This document shows positions 52,361 to 63,114 of a DNA stretch of 64,000 nt, in pieces (the first letter of the stretch is position 1; the number at the start of each line of letters is the position of its first letter). The stretch comes from Anolis carolinensis (Eukaryota), in contig NW_026943821.1 in the NCBI RefSeq assembly GCF_035594765.1, forward strand, positions 18,073,608-18,137,607, written 5' to 3'. The translations under genes were made by a program, and so were the position numbers. The notes below the pieces were generated by a model. It did no database searches. It was not told the DNA's origin and saw only the letters and a program-made list of their open reading frames with translations.

Positions 52361-55300
52361 AAACGACTATGCGACTGAGAGAGAGAGAGAGAATAATAAT
52401 AATAATAATAATAATACTTTATTTTTCTACCCCACCACCATCTCCCAGCAGGGACTCGGGGCGGCTGGGTCAGAAGCCCGAAATACAAAACAATAAATCA
52501 GTAAAACACATTGCAATACACAGACAGTAAAATCAGCAGTTATACAAAACAGTTCCCTTAACCAAAACAATACAATAAATCATAAAAACTCAGTTAACAT
52601 ATAAATCAGTTAAAAATAAAATCAGTTAAAATAAAATAGAATAAAATGGACCACCAGGTTGGTGGAGGGGATGGCATGACAGGGCTACCTATACTAAGGT
52701 GCAATGGCATAGTTCTAAAGTGCTTTCTCTTAGGTGGTCTTCCACAAGATGTCACCCAACGAGACGCTCTTCCTGGAGAGCACCAACAAGATCTACAAGG
52801 ACGACGTCTCCAGCAGCTCCTTCGTCAACTTCCAGATCTGGGACTTCCCGGGCCAGATGGACTTCTTCGACCCGGCCTTTGACTACGAGATGATCTTCCG
52901 GGGCACCGGGGCCCTCATCTACGTCATCGACGCCCAGGTCTGGGATGGGTGGGCATGTGGGAGGCCCCCTTCTTCCCTGCCCAGGGCTTCCCTGGGTCAG
53001 ACCACACCTGGAATCACACTGTGTCCTATTCTGGGCACCTCAGTTGAAGGGAGAAGTTGTCAAGCTGGAATGTGGGTGACTAAAATGATCAAGGGTCTGG
53101 AGAACAAGCCTTATGAGGAGCAGCTTAAAGAGCTGGGCATGTTTAGGCTGCAGAAGTGAAGGCTGAGAGGAGAAATGAGGGCCATAGATCAAGATGTGAG
53201 GTGAAGTCATAGGGAGAAGGGAGCAGGCTTGTTTTCTGCTGCCCTGGAGACTAGGACGCAGAACAACGGCTTCAAACTACAGTAAAGGAAGGAGAGCTGT
53301 TCAGCAGTGGAACTCACCCTCTCTGTCCCAGAGTTTGGGGGAGGCTTTTAAGCAGAGGCTGGATGGCCATATCTCGGGGGTACTTTGAATGCGATTTTCC
53401 TACTTCTTGGCAGAATGGGTTTGGACTGGATGGCCTCCCCAAGAAGCAGGAAAATCACATTCAAAGTACCCCCAACAGATGGCCACCCAACTTCTGCTTA
53501 AAAGCCTCCAAAGAAGGAGCCTCCATCACACTCCGAGGCAGAGAGTTCCAGTGCTGAAAAGCTATGATTCTAGGAGTCCCTTCTCCCTTTGACCTCTCCT
53601 CCGCTCTGCAGGACGACTACATGGAGGCCCTGACCCGGCTCCACATCACCGTCTCCAAGGCCTACAAGATCAACCCTGACATGAACTTCGAGGTCTTCAT
53701 CCACAAAGTGGACGGCCTCTCTGATGACCACAAGATTGAGACACAGAGGGACATCCACCAGCGGGCCAACGACGACTTGGGAGACGCCGGGCTGGAGAAG
53801 CTGCATCTTAGGTGGGAGGCCTTGAGGCCAGGCCTGGGCAAACTCAGGCCCTCCTTCCCTCTCTTAATTCCAAAGAGCCAGTAGGCCATTAGGAATGGTG
53901 GGAGTTGAAGTCCAAAACATTTGGACTCAAGTTGGCCCAGGGCTGTGTTAGGGTTACCATTGCCATTCTATTGTTGTTGTTATTACTATTATCATTAATG
54001 TCTGAATGACATTGTTTCCTCATGAAGCTCATGAAGGTTCTGGGGAAACGCTCTGGGCTTTGGTGCCTCTTGCTGTGCAGATCTTGCAGACAAGGATTAT
54101 TTTTGTGTGTCAGGAGCAATTTGAGAAACTACAAGTCATTGCTGGTGTGAGAGAATTGGTTGTCTGCAGGGACGTTGCCCAGGGGGCACCCGAATGTTTG
54201 ATGTTTTACCATCCTGAGGGAGGCCTCTGTCATGTCCCTGCTTGGGGAGCTGGAGCTGACAGATGGGAGCTCACCCCGCTCCCCACATTCGAACCACTGA
54301 CCTTTCGGTCAGCAGTCCTGCTGGCACAAGAGTCTAACCCATTACACCACTGGGGACTCCTTGACAAGGAGATTGAAAGTACAGTAGAGTCTCACTTATC
54401 CAAGCTAAACAAGTTGGCAGGACCTTGCATAAGCGAATATCTTGGATAATAAGGAGGTATTAAGGAAAAGCCTATTAAACATTAAATTAGGTTATGATTT
54501 TACAAATTAAGCACCAAAACATCATGTTATACAACAAATTTGACAGAAAAAGTAGTTCAATACGCAGTAATGTTATGTTGTAATTACTGTACTTACAAAT
54601 TTAGCACCAAAATATCACGATATATTGAAAACATTGACTACAAAAATGCATTGGATAATCCAGAACCTTGGATAAGTGAGTCTTGGATAAGTGGGACTCT
54701 ACTGCGCTTTCCCCTCAGCTAGTGAAGGAGGGGTCCTCCGAAGGGGCTAACTCCCAGTCTCTGCCTTGTAGCTTTTACCTGACCAGCATCTACGATCATT
54801 CAATATTTGAAGCCTTCAGTAAAGTGGTACAGAAGCTCATTCCGCAGTTGCCAACGTTAGAAAACCTGCTGAATATCTTCATATCAGTAAGTGATAGTTC
54901 CTTATTTGTATGGTTGGTTTTTATATCACTACAGTATAGTTTTAGTGGTCATTTGGGAGCTTAGTGTTAAAGATTGCTGCATGGGTTGAATGGAATGAAT
55001 TCGGGTTGCTTTTGGTCTTGAAAACTAGCAGCTATATGCACAGATGTCTATTATATACAGAAAAAAGAAAAAAAAGAAAAAGTATGGTATATAATATAAT
55101 ATAAAGTAAGTTATGTTATAGTTCTATACTTCTATAGTGATATAGTCACTTATATATTATGATTGTAGTATCAGTTTATATATTCCAACTGTACAGATAA
55201 ATACATATAATTCAAAATTGTCTCGAATCTGAATCGGGTTTAAATAAACCTGATGATTGACCGTAACTCCGTTCCTGTGGTTTACACAATGAATAATGGT

Positions 55301-57879
55301 AGACTTATGTATAGTATCAATATCAATATAACAAACAAAATGTCCAATTTTAACAAATATAATTATTGGTACATAAAGTAGTGTTATTAAAGTCTTGATA
55401 ATATTCTCAAGGTTTGTAACACTCTTCTTCAAAATCAAAGTTCCATGTCAATAGTAACAAAGAAGGATAACTCCCTGGTTAAACTCCTTTTTTCCTTTTC
55501 CTTTTTTTCCTTTTTGGTCTTGAAAGGCCAAGGTGTCCATTGCAAATGAGGAGTGCATGAGTGGCACCATTTTGAGGAATCCTTCCCCAAACAAGCAGTT
55601 TTTTCCAGAGAATTCTTCCAGGGCCAAAGCCCCCCATTTCCTCACATTCCCAGCTGACACATACAAATCTGGTTCTGTGTTTTCCTTTTCTCCTTTGCAG
55701 AATTCAGGGATTGAAAAGGCTTTCCTCTTTGACGTTGTGAGCAAGATCTACATTGCCACGGACAGCTCCCCGGTTGACATGCAGTCCTACGAACTCTGCT
55801 GCGACATGATCGACGTGGTCATCGATGTCTCCTGCATCTATGGGTCAGTGCCTTGCATTTGGAGCTGTTGCAGCCGCTCAGGAGGCCTTCAGAGGGAACT
55901 CTTTGGAGTGGTTTTGAAGGCTCCGCATCCTGTTGGGGCATCCCAATTCCTGTGGGGCTGTTGCGGCCCAGGGTGTCCTGAGCAGTCCCTATCTGTCCAT
56001 TTCCCCATCTCTCCCTCGGTGGCTGAGCAGTGGCCCTCCTCTCTCCCCCTCGGCTGCAGGTTGAAGGAGGATGGCAGCGGAAGCGCTTACGACAAGGAAT
56101 CCATGGCCATCATCCGGCTCAACAATACGACCGTCCTGTACCTCAAAGAGGTGACCAAGTTCCTGGCTTTAGTCTGCATCCTGAGAGAAGAGAGCTTTGA
56201 GCGCAAAGGTGAGGCAAATCGAGACTTCCCCGCTTCCTCAAATGGGCCTCTCTCCTGGGGTCTGAGCTGCTCTGCGCTCAACTCATGGTCTCTTTTGGGA
56301 GGCCTTAGGTGTCTGCAGACTGCCCTGGATGCTTTTAATGATCTCTGTGGGAATGAATGGGAATGGATTCACGGCCGGGCTTCCTCCCCCTTCGCAAGCA
56401 CGGTTGGTTGGAACGTGGGAGAGGGCCTTCTCTGTGGTGGCTCCCCGGCTCTGGAATTCCCTCCCCAGGGAGATTAGGTTAGCACCTACCCTCGCTGTCT
56501 TCCGTAAGCAATTAAAAACATGGATGTGTTGTCGAAGGCTTTCATGGTCGGGATCACAGGGTTGTTGTATATTTTCCAGGCTGTATGGCCATGTTCTAGA
56601 AGTATTCTTTCCTGACGTTTCGCCCACATCTATGGCAGGCATCCTCAGAGGTTGTGAGGTATACATGGCCATACAGCCTGGAAAACATACAACAACCCAA
56701 AAACATGGATGTTCTGTTGTGCTTTTGATTAGACAAGGTCCTACAACCTGGCCCCTATTCATATTGAAATCTGCTTTTCCTCTTTACAGTTGTTTTGTCA
56801 TCTCAGGACTTTTTCCCAACCTACTTCCTACCCCATGTATTTCTGCTTTGATTTATATATCAGTTCTAACTTTGATGAGTTGTTAGTTACCCATTATGCC
56901 CTAGGATGGTACATTTTAAAGGCACATTACCCATTATGCCCTAGGATGGCACATTTTAAAGGCACATTACCCATTATGCCCTAGGATGATACATTACTTT
57001 TTAATGGTTTTATAGCTCCCACCTTGGTAGCCCCCGATGGCATAGTGGACTAAAGCCTTGTGACTTGAAGGTTGGGTTGCTGACCGGAGAGTGCGGATGA
57101 GCTCCCTTTATCAGCTCCAGCTCCATGCGGGGACATGAGAGAAGCCTCCCACAAGGATGGTAAAAACATCAAAACATCCGGGCGTCCCCTGGGCAACGTT
57201 CTTGCAGATGGCCAATTTTCTCACTCCAGAAGTGACTCAAGTTGCTCCTGACACGAAAAAAAGCCCTTGGTAGCATTTAGGAAGAGCCTGAAAACCTGGC
57301 TCTTCGCACAGGTCTTTGGATAAGTACTGCCCAGTTGTATGATAAATTTCATACCGGCGATTACTTCTTGATCAGTTGTACCTTTGCATTGTTAATCTCG
57401 CTGATATAGCCACAGGCTTCACCCCCACTTCAAGGTGCTCTCCCATAATCTTATAGCACTTTTAACTACCTCTTGTTTACAAAACTCACTTAGCGCACTT
57501 TTGCCCAGTTCATTTTTATTATTCTGTTGCTTGTGTTTTACTAATGTTTGTTATTTTACTTTTATGTTAATTTTTAATTTTTATTTGCGCATGGTTTCTG
57601 TTATTTGATGTTGTTTTATGTTTGTTATTGTATTTGCCTGGGATTTGGCCCCATGTAAGCCGCCCCGAGTCCCCCCGGGGAGATGGAGGCGGGGTATAAA
57701 AATAAAATAATAATAATAATTATGATGTTATTTTAACTAAGGCATGTTTAATTTGTTCTAATTTATACTTGTGTTTTAAAGTGTATTTTATGATGTAAAT
57801 GTGACTGATTGGGCTTGTCCCCATGTAAGCCGCTCTGAGTCACTTCGGGGAGATGGTGGTGGCATACAAAAATAAAGTA

Positions 57880-57912
<33 letters not shown>

Positions 57913-58756
57913 TTATTGTGACACAGCAAACAAGATAGAAATGCTGGATTTCGTATCACAAAATCACAAGTCGAACACTTCCCAAGTGTCTAGGACTGTG
58001 TGATGTATTTTCGGATGATGCGTGCAGATCCCAGTAGGGTGGCCTTCTGCAGTTGGCAGATCGTGATTTTGTCAATGTCTATTGTTTCCAAATGCCGGCT
58101 GAGATCTTTTGGCATGGCACCCAGTGTGCCCATCACCACCGGGACCACCTTTATCAGCTCCAGCTCCATGCGGGGACATGAGAGAAGAGTCTTTGAAGAG
58201 TCTTTGAAGTTCAATCTGCCAGAGTCTTTGAAGTTCAATCTTGAGGTCCTGATAGTGGCTGAGTTTTTTTCTGTTGTTTTTCGTCAATGCGACTGTCACC
58301 TGGGATGGCAACATCAATGATCAAAACCTTTTTCTTTTCCACAACTGTGATGTCTGGTGTGTTGTGTTCCAGAACTTTGTCAGTCTGGATTTGGAAGTCC
58401 CACAGTATCTTTGCGTGCTCATTTTCCAATACTTTTGCAGGTTTGTGATCCCACCAGTTCTTTCCTGCTGGCAGGTGGTACTTGAGGCATAAGTTCCAAT
58501 GAATCATTTGGGCCACATAGTTGTGCCTCTGTTTGTAGTCTGTCTGTGCAATTTTCTTATAGCAGCTGAGGATATGATCAATGGTTTCGTCGGTTTCCTT
58601 GCACAGTCAACATTTTGGGTCATCAGCTGATTTTTCGATCTTGGTCTTCATTGCCTTTGTTCTGATGGCTTGCTCCTGGGCTGCAAGGATCAGGCCTTCT
58701 GTCTCCTTCTTCAGTGTGCCATTTCTGAGCCAGAGCCAGGTCTTCTCCTTATCTGC

Positions 58757-58809
<53 letters not shown>

Positions 58810-59038
58810 GCAGTTGTTGGGTGTTTTACAGTGTCCTTGGCCCCGTCTTCCTCACCATTTCTCCCCCTTTCGCCTCTTCTTCGCAGGCTTGATAGACTAC
58901 AACTTCCACTGCTTCCGGAAGGCCATCCACGAGGTCTTTGAGGTGGGCCTCTCCTCCCACCGGGCCTGCAGCCACCAGGCCAATATCCCTGGCCTGAAGG
59001 CAGTGACTCACAATGGTACCCCCAGGAGCGCCGTCTGA
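51282..59038 (+). CDS. RRAGC: Ras-related GTP-binding protein C (RagC), 7 exons, about 444 aa
   Basis: Exons 51282-51653, 52734-52937, 53612-53811, 54772-54886, 55701-55843, 56060-56208, 58887-59038; 1335 nt in frame. P-loop [24 protein letters not shown]; RagC-type end HNGTPRSAV*; adjacent to MYCBP. Confidence 0.96.
51797..52300. mobile_element. Tail-to-tail SINE pair (tRNA SINE + at 51797-52040, Sauria SINE - at 52072-52300)
   Basis: Homology to the two SINE families seen elsewhere in the window. Confidence 0.7.
53005..53555. mobile_element. CR1 LINE fragments in RRAGC intron 2
   Basis: [26 protein letters not shown] on +, followed by an inverted CR1 tail piece. Confidence 0.75.
56370..57720 (+). 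mobile_element. L2 LINE 3' fragments interrupted by Penelope, a 38-bp tandem repeat (about 56886-56997) and a SINE (57031-57264)
   Basis: [34 protein letters not shown] (L2 ORF2 end); tail tgtaagccgccccgagtccc...aataaa; SINE target duplication ccttggtag. Confidence 0.7.
56611..56651 (-). ncRNA. Minimal type I hammerhead ribozyme motif (antisense to RRAGC intron 6)
   Basis: Reverse complement reads cct CTGAGGA t gcctgc catagat gtgggc GAAACGTC agg. Confidence 0.65.
57915..58756 (-). mobile_element. 5'-truncated R4/Dong-clade non-LTR retrotransposon in a (TAA)n array
   Basis: Zinc-knuckle remnant [14 protein letters not shown] and restriction-like endonuclease region [10 protein letters not shown]...NTPDITVV...IIDVAIP...K..Y.DL; (TTA)n on both flanks. 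Confidence 0.85.
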
Positions 59039-59584
59039 GGCGGGGGCGGCAGGCAAGATGGTGGCCACCCAGAAATTGCAGGCAGGTGCGGCCTGCCCTC
59101 CACGGCCCGCAGACGGAGGCCTTGCCCTGGGCGGCTGGTGGAGCGAGGTGGCCGCTTCTGCTTTGCGGATAGCCTCGGCCCTGGCCCAGCCTCCTCCTCC
59201 TTCGGTGGCTGCTTGGACTTCCCCCTCAGAGAACACCGGGCCCGGATCGCTGCGGCTGAACTGGAACTGGCTCAGTGTTCCGCTGCTCGACCGATTCGGT
59301 TCTCGGTGGCCAGGAAGTTGCCGAAACTCAGAGCGTTGCGTCTCGTGGCTTCGTTGAGCACAATGGCAAGCATTCCGTGTAGTCCTTGGTTCCGTGGTAA
59401 CAATACCTGAAAAATAATTCCAATTTTGGTGCCTCGGTGAAGAAGGAGCTGATTTCCGTTTCCGGATATTCTAAAAGAAGAATTGGTAACCTAACTTGGT
59501 TGCTCGGAACTGGTTTGGAGGCTCAGGCCTGTTGATGACCTGGTTAATGAGCTTCTGTTGGTGGTTCCTGTCCTTGGTTTTGAG

Positions 59585-59778
59585 CAGGTATTGGCAAACT
59601 TGGGCCCTCCAGGTGTTTTGGACTTCAACTCCCACCATTCCTAACAGCCTCAGGCCCCTTCCTTTTCCCCCTCCGCCGCTTAAGCGGCGGAGGGGGAAAA
59701 GGAAGGGGCCTGAGGCTGTTAGGAATGGTGGGAGTTGAAGTCCAAAACTCCTGCAGGCCTCAAGTTGTTCCATGCCTG
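59585..59778. mobile_element. Palindromic hAT-type MITE in the RRAGC 3'UTR
   Basis: Fold-back centred on ccgcttaagcgg, lying between the stop (59038) and AATAAA (60179). Confidence 0.8.
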
Positions 59779-60178
59779 GTTTAAGGCTGCTTTTTGTAGT
59801 AAACAACTCCAGCTTTGCTGATGTCTCTGTGGGCTTGGTGCGCATTGGATCCTTGGGCACCTTCTTGCGGAAAGGTCTCGCTTCTGTGCAGCAATGTGAC
59901 GTCTGATGGACAGCCCTGGGCTCCATTCAGGAAGCGCCCTGTATTTGTCGTTGCCGGGAGGGCAAGTGCCTGCCGCCCTCCTACCATCTGCAGCCTCCGC
60001 TCACCTCCAGCATGCGCCTGCGTCCAGAAGACCCTTCTGACCAGAGCTGACCCCTGGCCCCAAAGCCTCCAGTTGCATTTCTTGCCCAAAGGTCAGCGCA
60101 AACATATGCTCTGACGGACCCAGCTCTCCTTGCTTCCTTGTTGTCTTCTTCGGAGGGGACCTCTCACTCTGCTCCATT

Positions 60179-60184
60179 AATAAA
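60179..60184 (+). terminator. RRAGC: RRAGC polyadenylation signal
   Basis: AATAAA followed about 25 nt later by GT-rich sequence. Confidence 0.6.
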
Positions 60185-60304
60185 ATGCCTTTATCTCCGT
60201 AAGGCCTTCTATGTACTGTGTGACTTGGAAGGTGGGTCTATGTGGAGGGAGGAAGGGGTTTGGAAGACCCTAGATGGATAGATGCAAAGCAGACCTCCAT
60301 GGTA

Positions 60305-60950
60305 TCTGGGTTGCTGTGAGTTTTCTGGGATGTATGGCCATGTTCCAGAAGCATTTTCTCCTGTCGTTTTGCCTGCATCTATGGCAGGAATCCTCAGAGG
60401 TTGTGAGGTATGTTGGAAATTATGCAAGTGGGATTTATATATCTGTGGAATGTTCAGGGTGGGAGAAAGAAGTCTTGTCTGTTTGAGGCAGGTATGAATG
60501 TTTCAATTGACCACCATGATTAGCATTGAATACCCATTCAATTTCAAGGTCTGATTGTTTACCACCTGGGGGAATACTTTGTTGGGACGTGTTAGCTGGC
60601 CCTGATTGAGCTGTGTCTGGAATTCTTCTGTTTTCTGAATGTTGTTCTTTATTCACTGTCCTGATTTTAGAATTTTTGAATACTGGTAGCCAGATTTTGT
60701 CCATGGTTTCCTCCTTTCTGTTGAAATTGTCCACATGCTTGTAAATTTCAATGGCTTCTCTGTGTAGCCTGACATGGTGGTTGTTAGAGTCCAGCATGTC
60801 TGTGTTCTCACATAGTATGCCATGTCCAGGGTGGTTCATCAAGCTCTCTTTATGGCTGACTTCTCTGGTTAGTCTGCAGTGCCATTCATGTTCTTTGATT
60901 TTGTGTCTGAGCAATGCTGCGTTTGGTGGTCCCTATGTAGACTTCTCCAC
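60305..60950 (-). mobile_element. Penelope-like element 3' part with GIY-YIG endonuclease remnant
   Basis: VYIGTTKRSIAQT / IKEHEWHCRL...RLHREAIEIYKHVDNFNRKEE followed by the hammerhead-bearing tail (core mutated in this copy). Confidence 0.9.
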
Positions 60951-60954
60951 ACTG

Positions 60955-61325
60955 TCCTCTAAAATCAGGACAGTGAATAAAGAAGGAATTCCAGACATGA
61001 AACAATCAGGGCCAGCTAACACCTCCCAACAAAGGATTCCCCCAGGCAATAAACAACCAGACCTTGAAACCGAAAGGCCATTCAGTGCTAAGCAAGGTGG
61101 CTAATTGAAACATTCACACTTGCTTCAGTTCTTTCTCCCACCCTGGACATTCCACAGAAATATAAACCACACTTGCCTAGTTTCTAACATGATTTCACAA
61201 CCTCTGAGGATGCCTGCCATAGATGCAGGCGAAACGTCAGGAGAAAATGCTTATGGAACATGGCCACACAGCCTGGAAAACTAACAGCAACTCAGTGTTT
61301 CTGGCCATGAAAGCCTTGGACAACT
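60955..61325 (+). mobile_element. Inverted copy of the Penelope tail joined to the truncation point of the preceding element
   Basis: Reverse-complement homology to about 60305-60670. Confidence 0.8.
61201..61241 (+). ncRNA. Minimal type I hammerhead ribozyme motif, best-preserved copy
   Basis: cct CTGAGGA(61204-61210) t GCCTGC catagat GCAGGC GAAACGTC agg; perfect 6-bp helix II; predicted cut between 61238 and 61239. Confidence 0.7.
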
Positions 61326-61737
61326 CCTTGGGATCTGCCTCTGAGTCCAGGGGAGGGAGCAAGAAGTTCTTTCCTCTGCAGCTGAGGGTCCCATGCGAGG
61401 GGGTGGAAGGGGCTCCAGCAGCAAGCCCCCCCCACCCCCCGCCGCCTGGGGAGATCAAGAGCTGTAAGGAGGGCTGGCTGGTCTCCTGAGAGGCCTCCAT
61501 CCATCTGCAAGGTTGGCTTTAGTGAGAAGCGATGCCCAATGTACCTGGTTGCTCTTGGGTACCATGTGTTGTGAGGAAACCAAGGCAAACACAGTGGCTC
61601 ATGAGAAAGAGAGGAGATCCCTAACTCTAGTCCTGGCTTCCATAGACCCTCCTGGGATGAAGCCCCACGTCTGAGTCTGGTGCACAAATGCGTTCAGTCA
61701 GTGTCCAGTTTTCTCATTTGCATCAGAGATTGACTAG

Positions 61738-62192
61738 TAAAAGGTAAAGGTTTCCCCTGACATTAAGTCCAGTCGTGACCGACTCTGGAGGTTGGTGCTC
61801 ATCTCCATTTCTAAGCCGAAGAGCTGGCGTTGTCCATAGACACCTCCAAGGTCATGTGGCCAGCATGACTGCATGGAGCGCTGTTATCTTCCCGCCGGAG
61901 CGGTACCTATTGATCTACTCACATTTGCATGTTTTCAAACTGGTAGGTTGGCAGAAGCTGGGGCTAACAGTAGGAGCTCACCCCACCTCCAGATTCGAAC
62001 CTGTGACCTTTCGGTCCACAAGTTTTATTATTGTTGTTTTTATTGTTTTTATTGTTATTTTAAAGCCAAGTGTATTGCTTTAATCTATTTTTGTAAACCG
62101 CTCCGAGCCAAACTGGGAGTAGCGGTATATAAGCTTAATAAATAAATAAGTTCAGCAGCTCAGTGCTTTAACACACTGTGCCACCAGGGCTC
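61738..62192 (-). mobile_element. Sauria SINE interrupted by an L2-tail-like insert; partial second copy at 62300-62420
   Basis: aaaggtaaaggt tail and homology to 1905-2236. Confidence 0.7.
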
Positions 62193-62950
62193 CGAATTAA
62201 GTGACAGGAATTCCAAATATGTTAGCCAAATTCACACAAAAAAAGTACATGGAAAGCATAATAAATAGGACAAAAAATAAAATGGGTAAAATATGTTGAG
62301 GTTGGCAGGAGCTGGGGCTAACAGCAGGCACTCATTCCGCTCCCGGGATTTGAACCTGGGACCTTTTGGTCTGCAAGTTCAGCAGCTCAGTGCTTTAACA
62401 CACTGTGCTATCAGGGCCCCCTGGACAGATTTACTAGAGGAATGAAACATCTTTTCTGACACAGTATTGGTTTGAAGGAGATAAATAATAGGTCCCAGGA
62501 TTTTAGTTCTTGGCTCAGAATACAGAGGGCAAGAAAACAAATAGTGAGGCAAATCCTCAATTTCTGGAGCCCCGCAAACACATAGACGGAGAGCCAGAGG
62601 GGTGCCTGTGTATCTCTACCATCAATCACTGCTGTGGGCATGCTTTGTATTTATTTGCTTGCCTTTTATGCAAATGACCTATGGTCTAAGCATCAAATAA
62701 ACTTGACCTGACTAGAGGAATGCTATAAAAGGCAAGGAGAGAAAGCAAGATAGGGAGATGTGTTGTAATTGCTCATGGCGTACTGTTTCAGCAACCACAA
62801 CAAAACAGGACTGGCTTGATCTTCACCCAAAATTGTGGCAAGGAAACACCTCGGAATAGTATGTGAGGAAACCTTCATTTCTGTGGCAGACGCAATGCAA
62901 TGTCTTTCTTCATTTCCTCCCACTCACAGGTACACAACTCGAAAGGTAAC

Positions 62951-63010
<60 letters not shown>

Positions 63011-63114
63011 TTATTTATATGCCGCCATCATCTCCCCTGGAGGGGACACGGGGCGGCTTACAGAAATATCAGATACAAAACAATAACAATGTACAATACA
63101 CCAATAAACAATAA

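Noticed and set aside
55533-56477. 314-aa ORF
   Set aside because: Two real RRAGC exons joined by a 216-nt intron that happens to lack stops; canonical splice sites are present.
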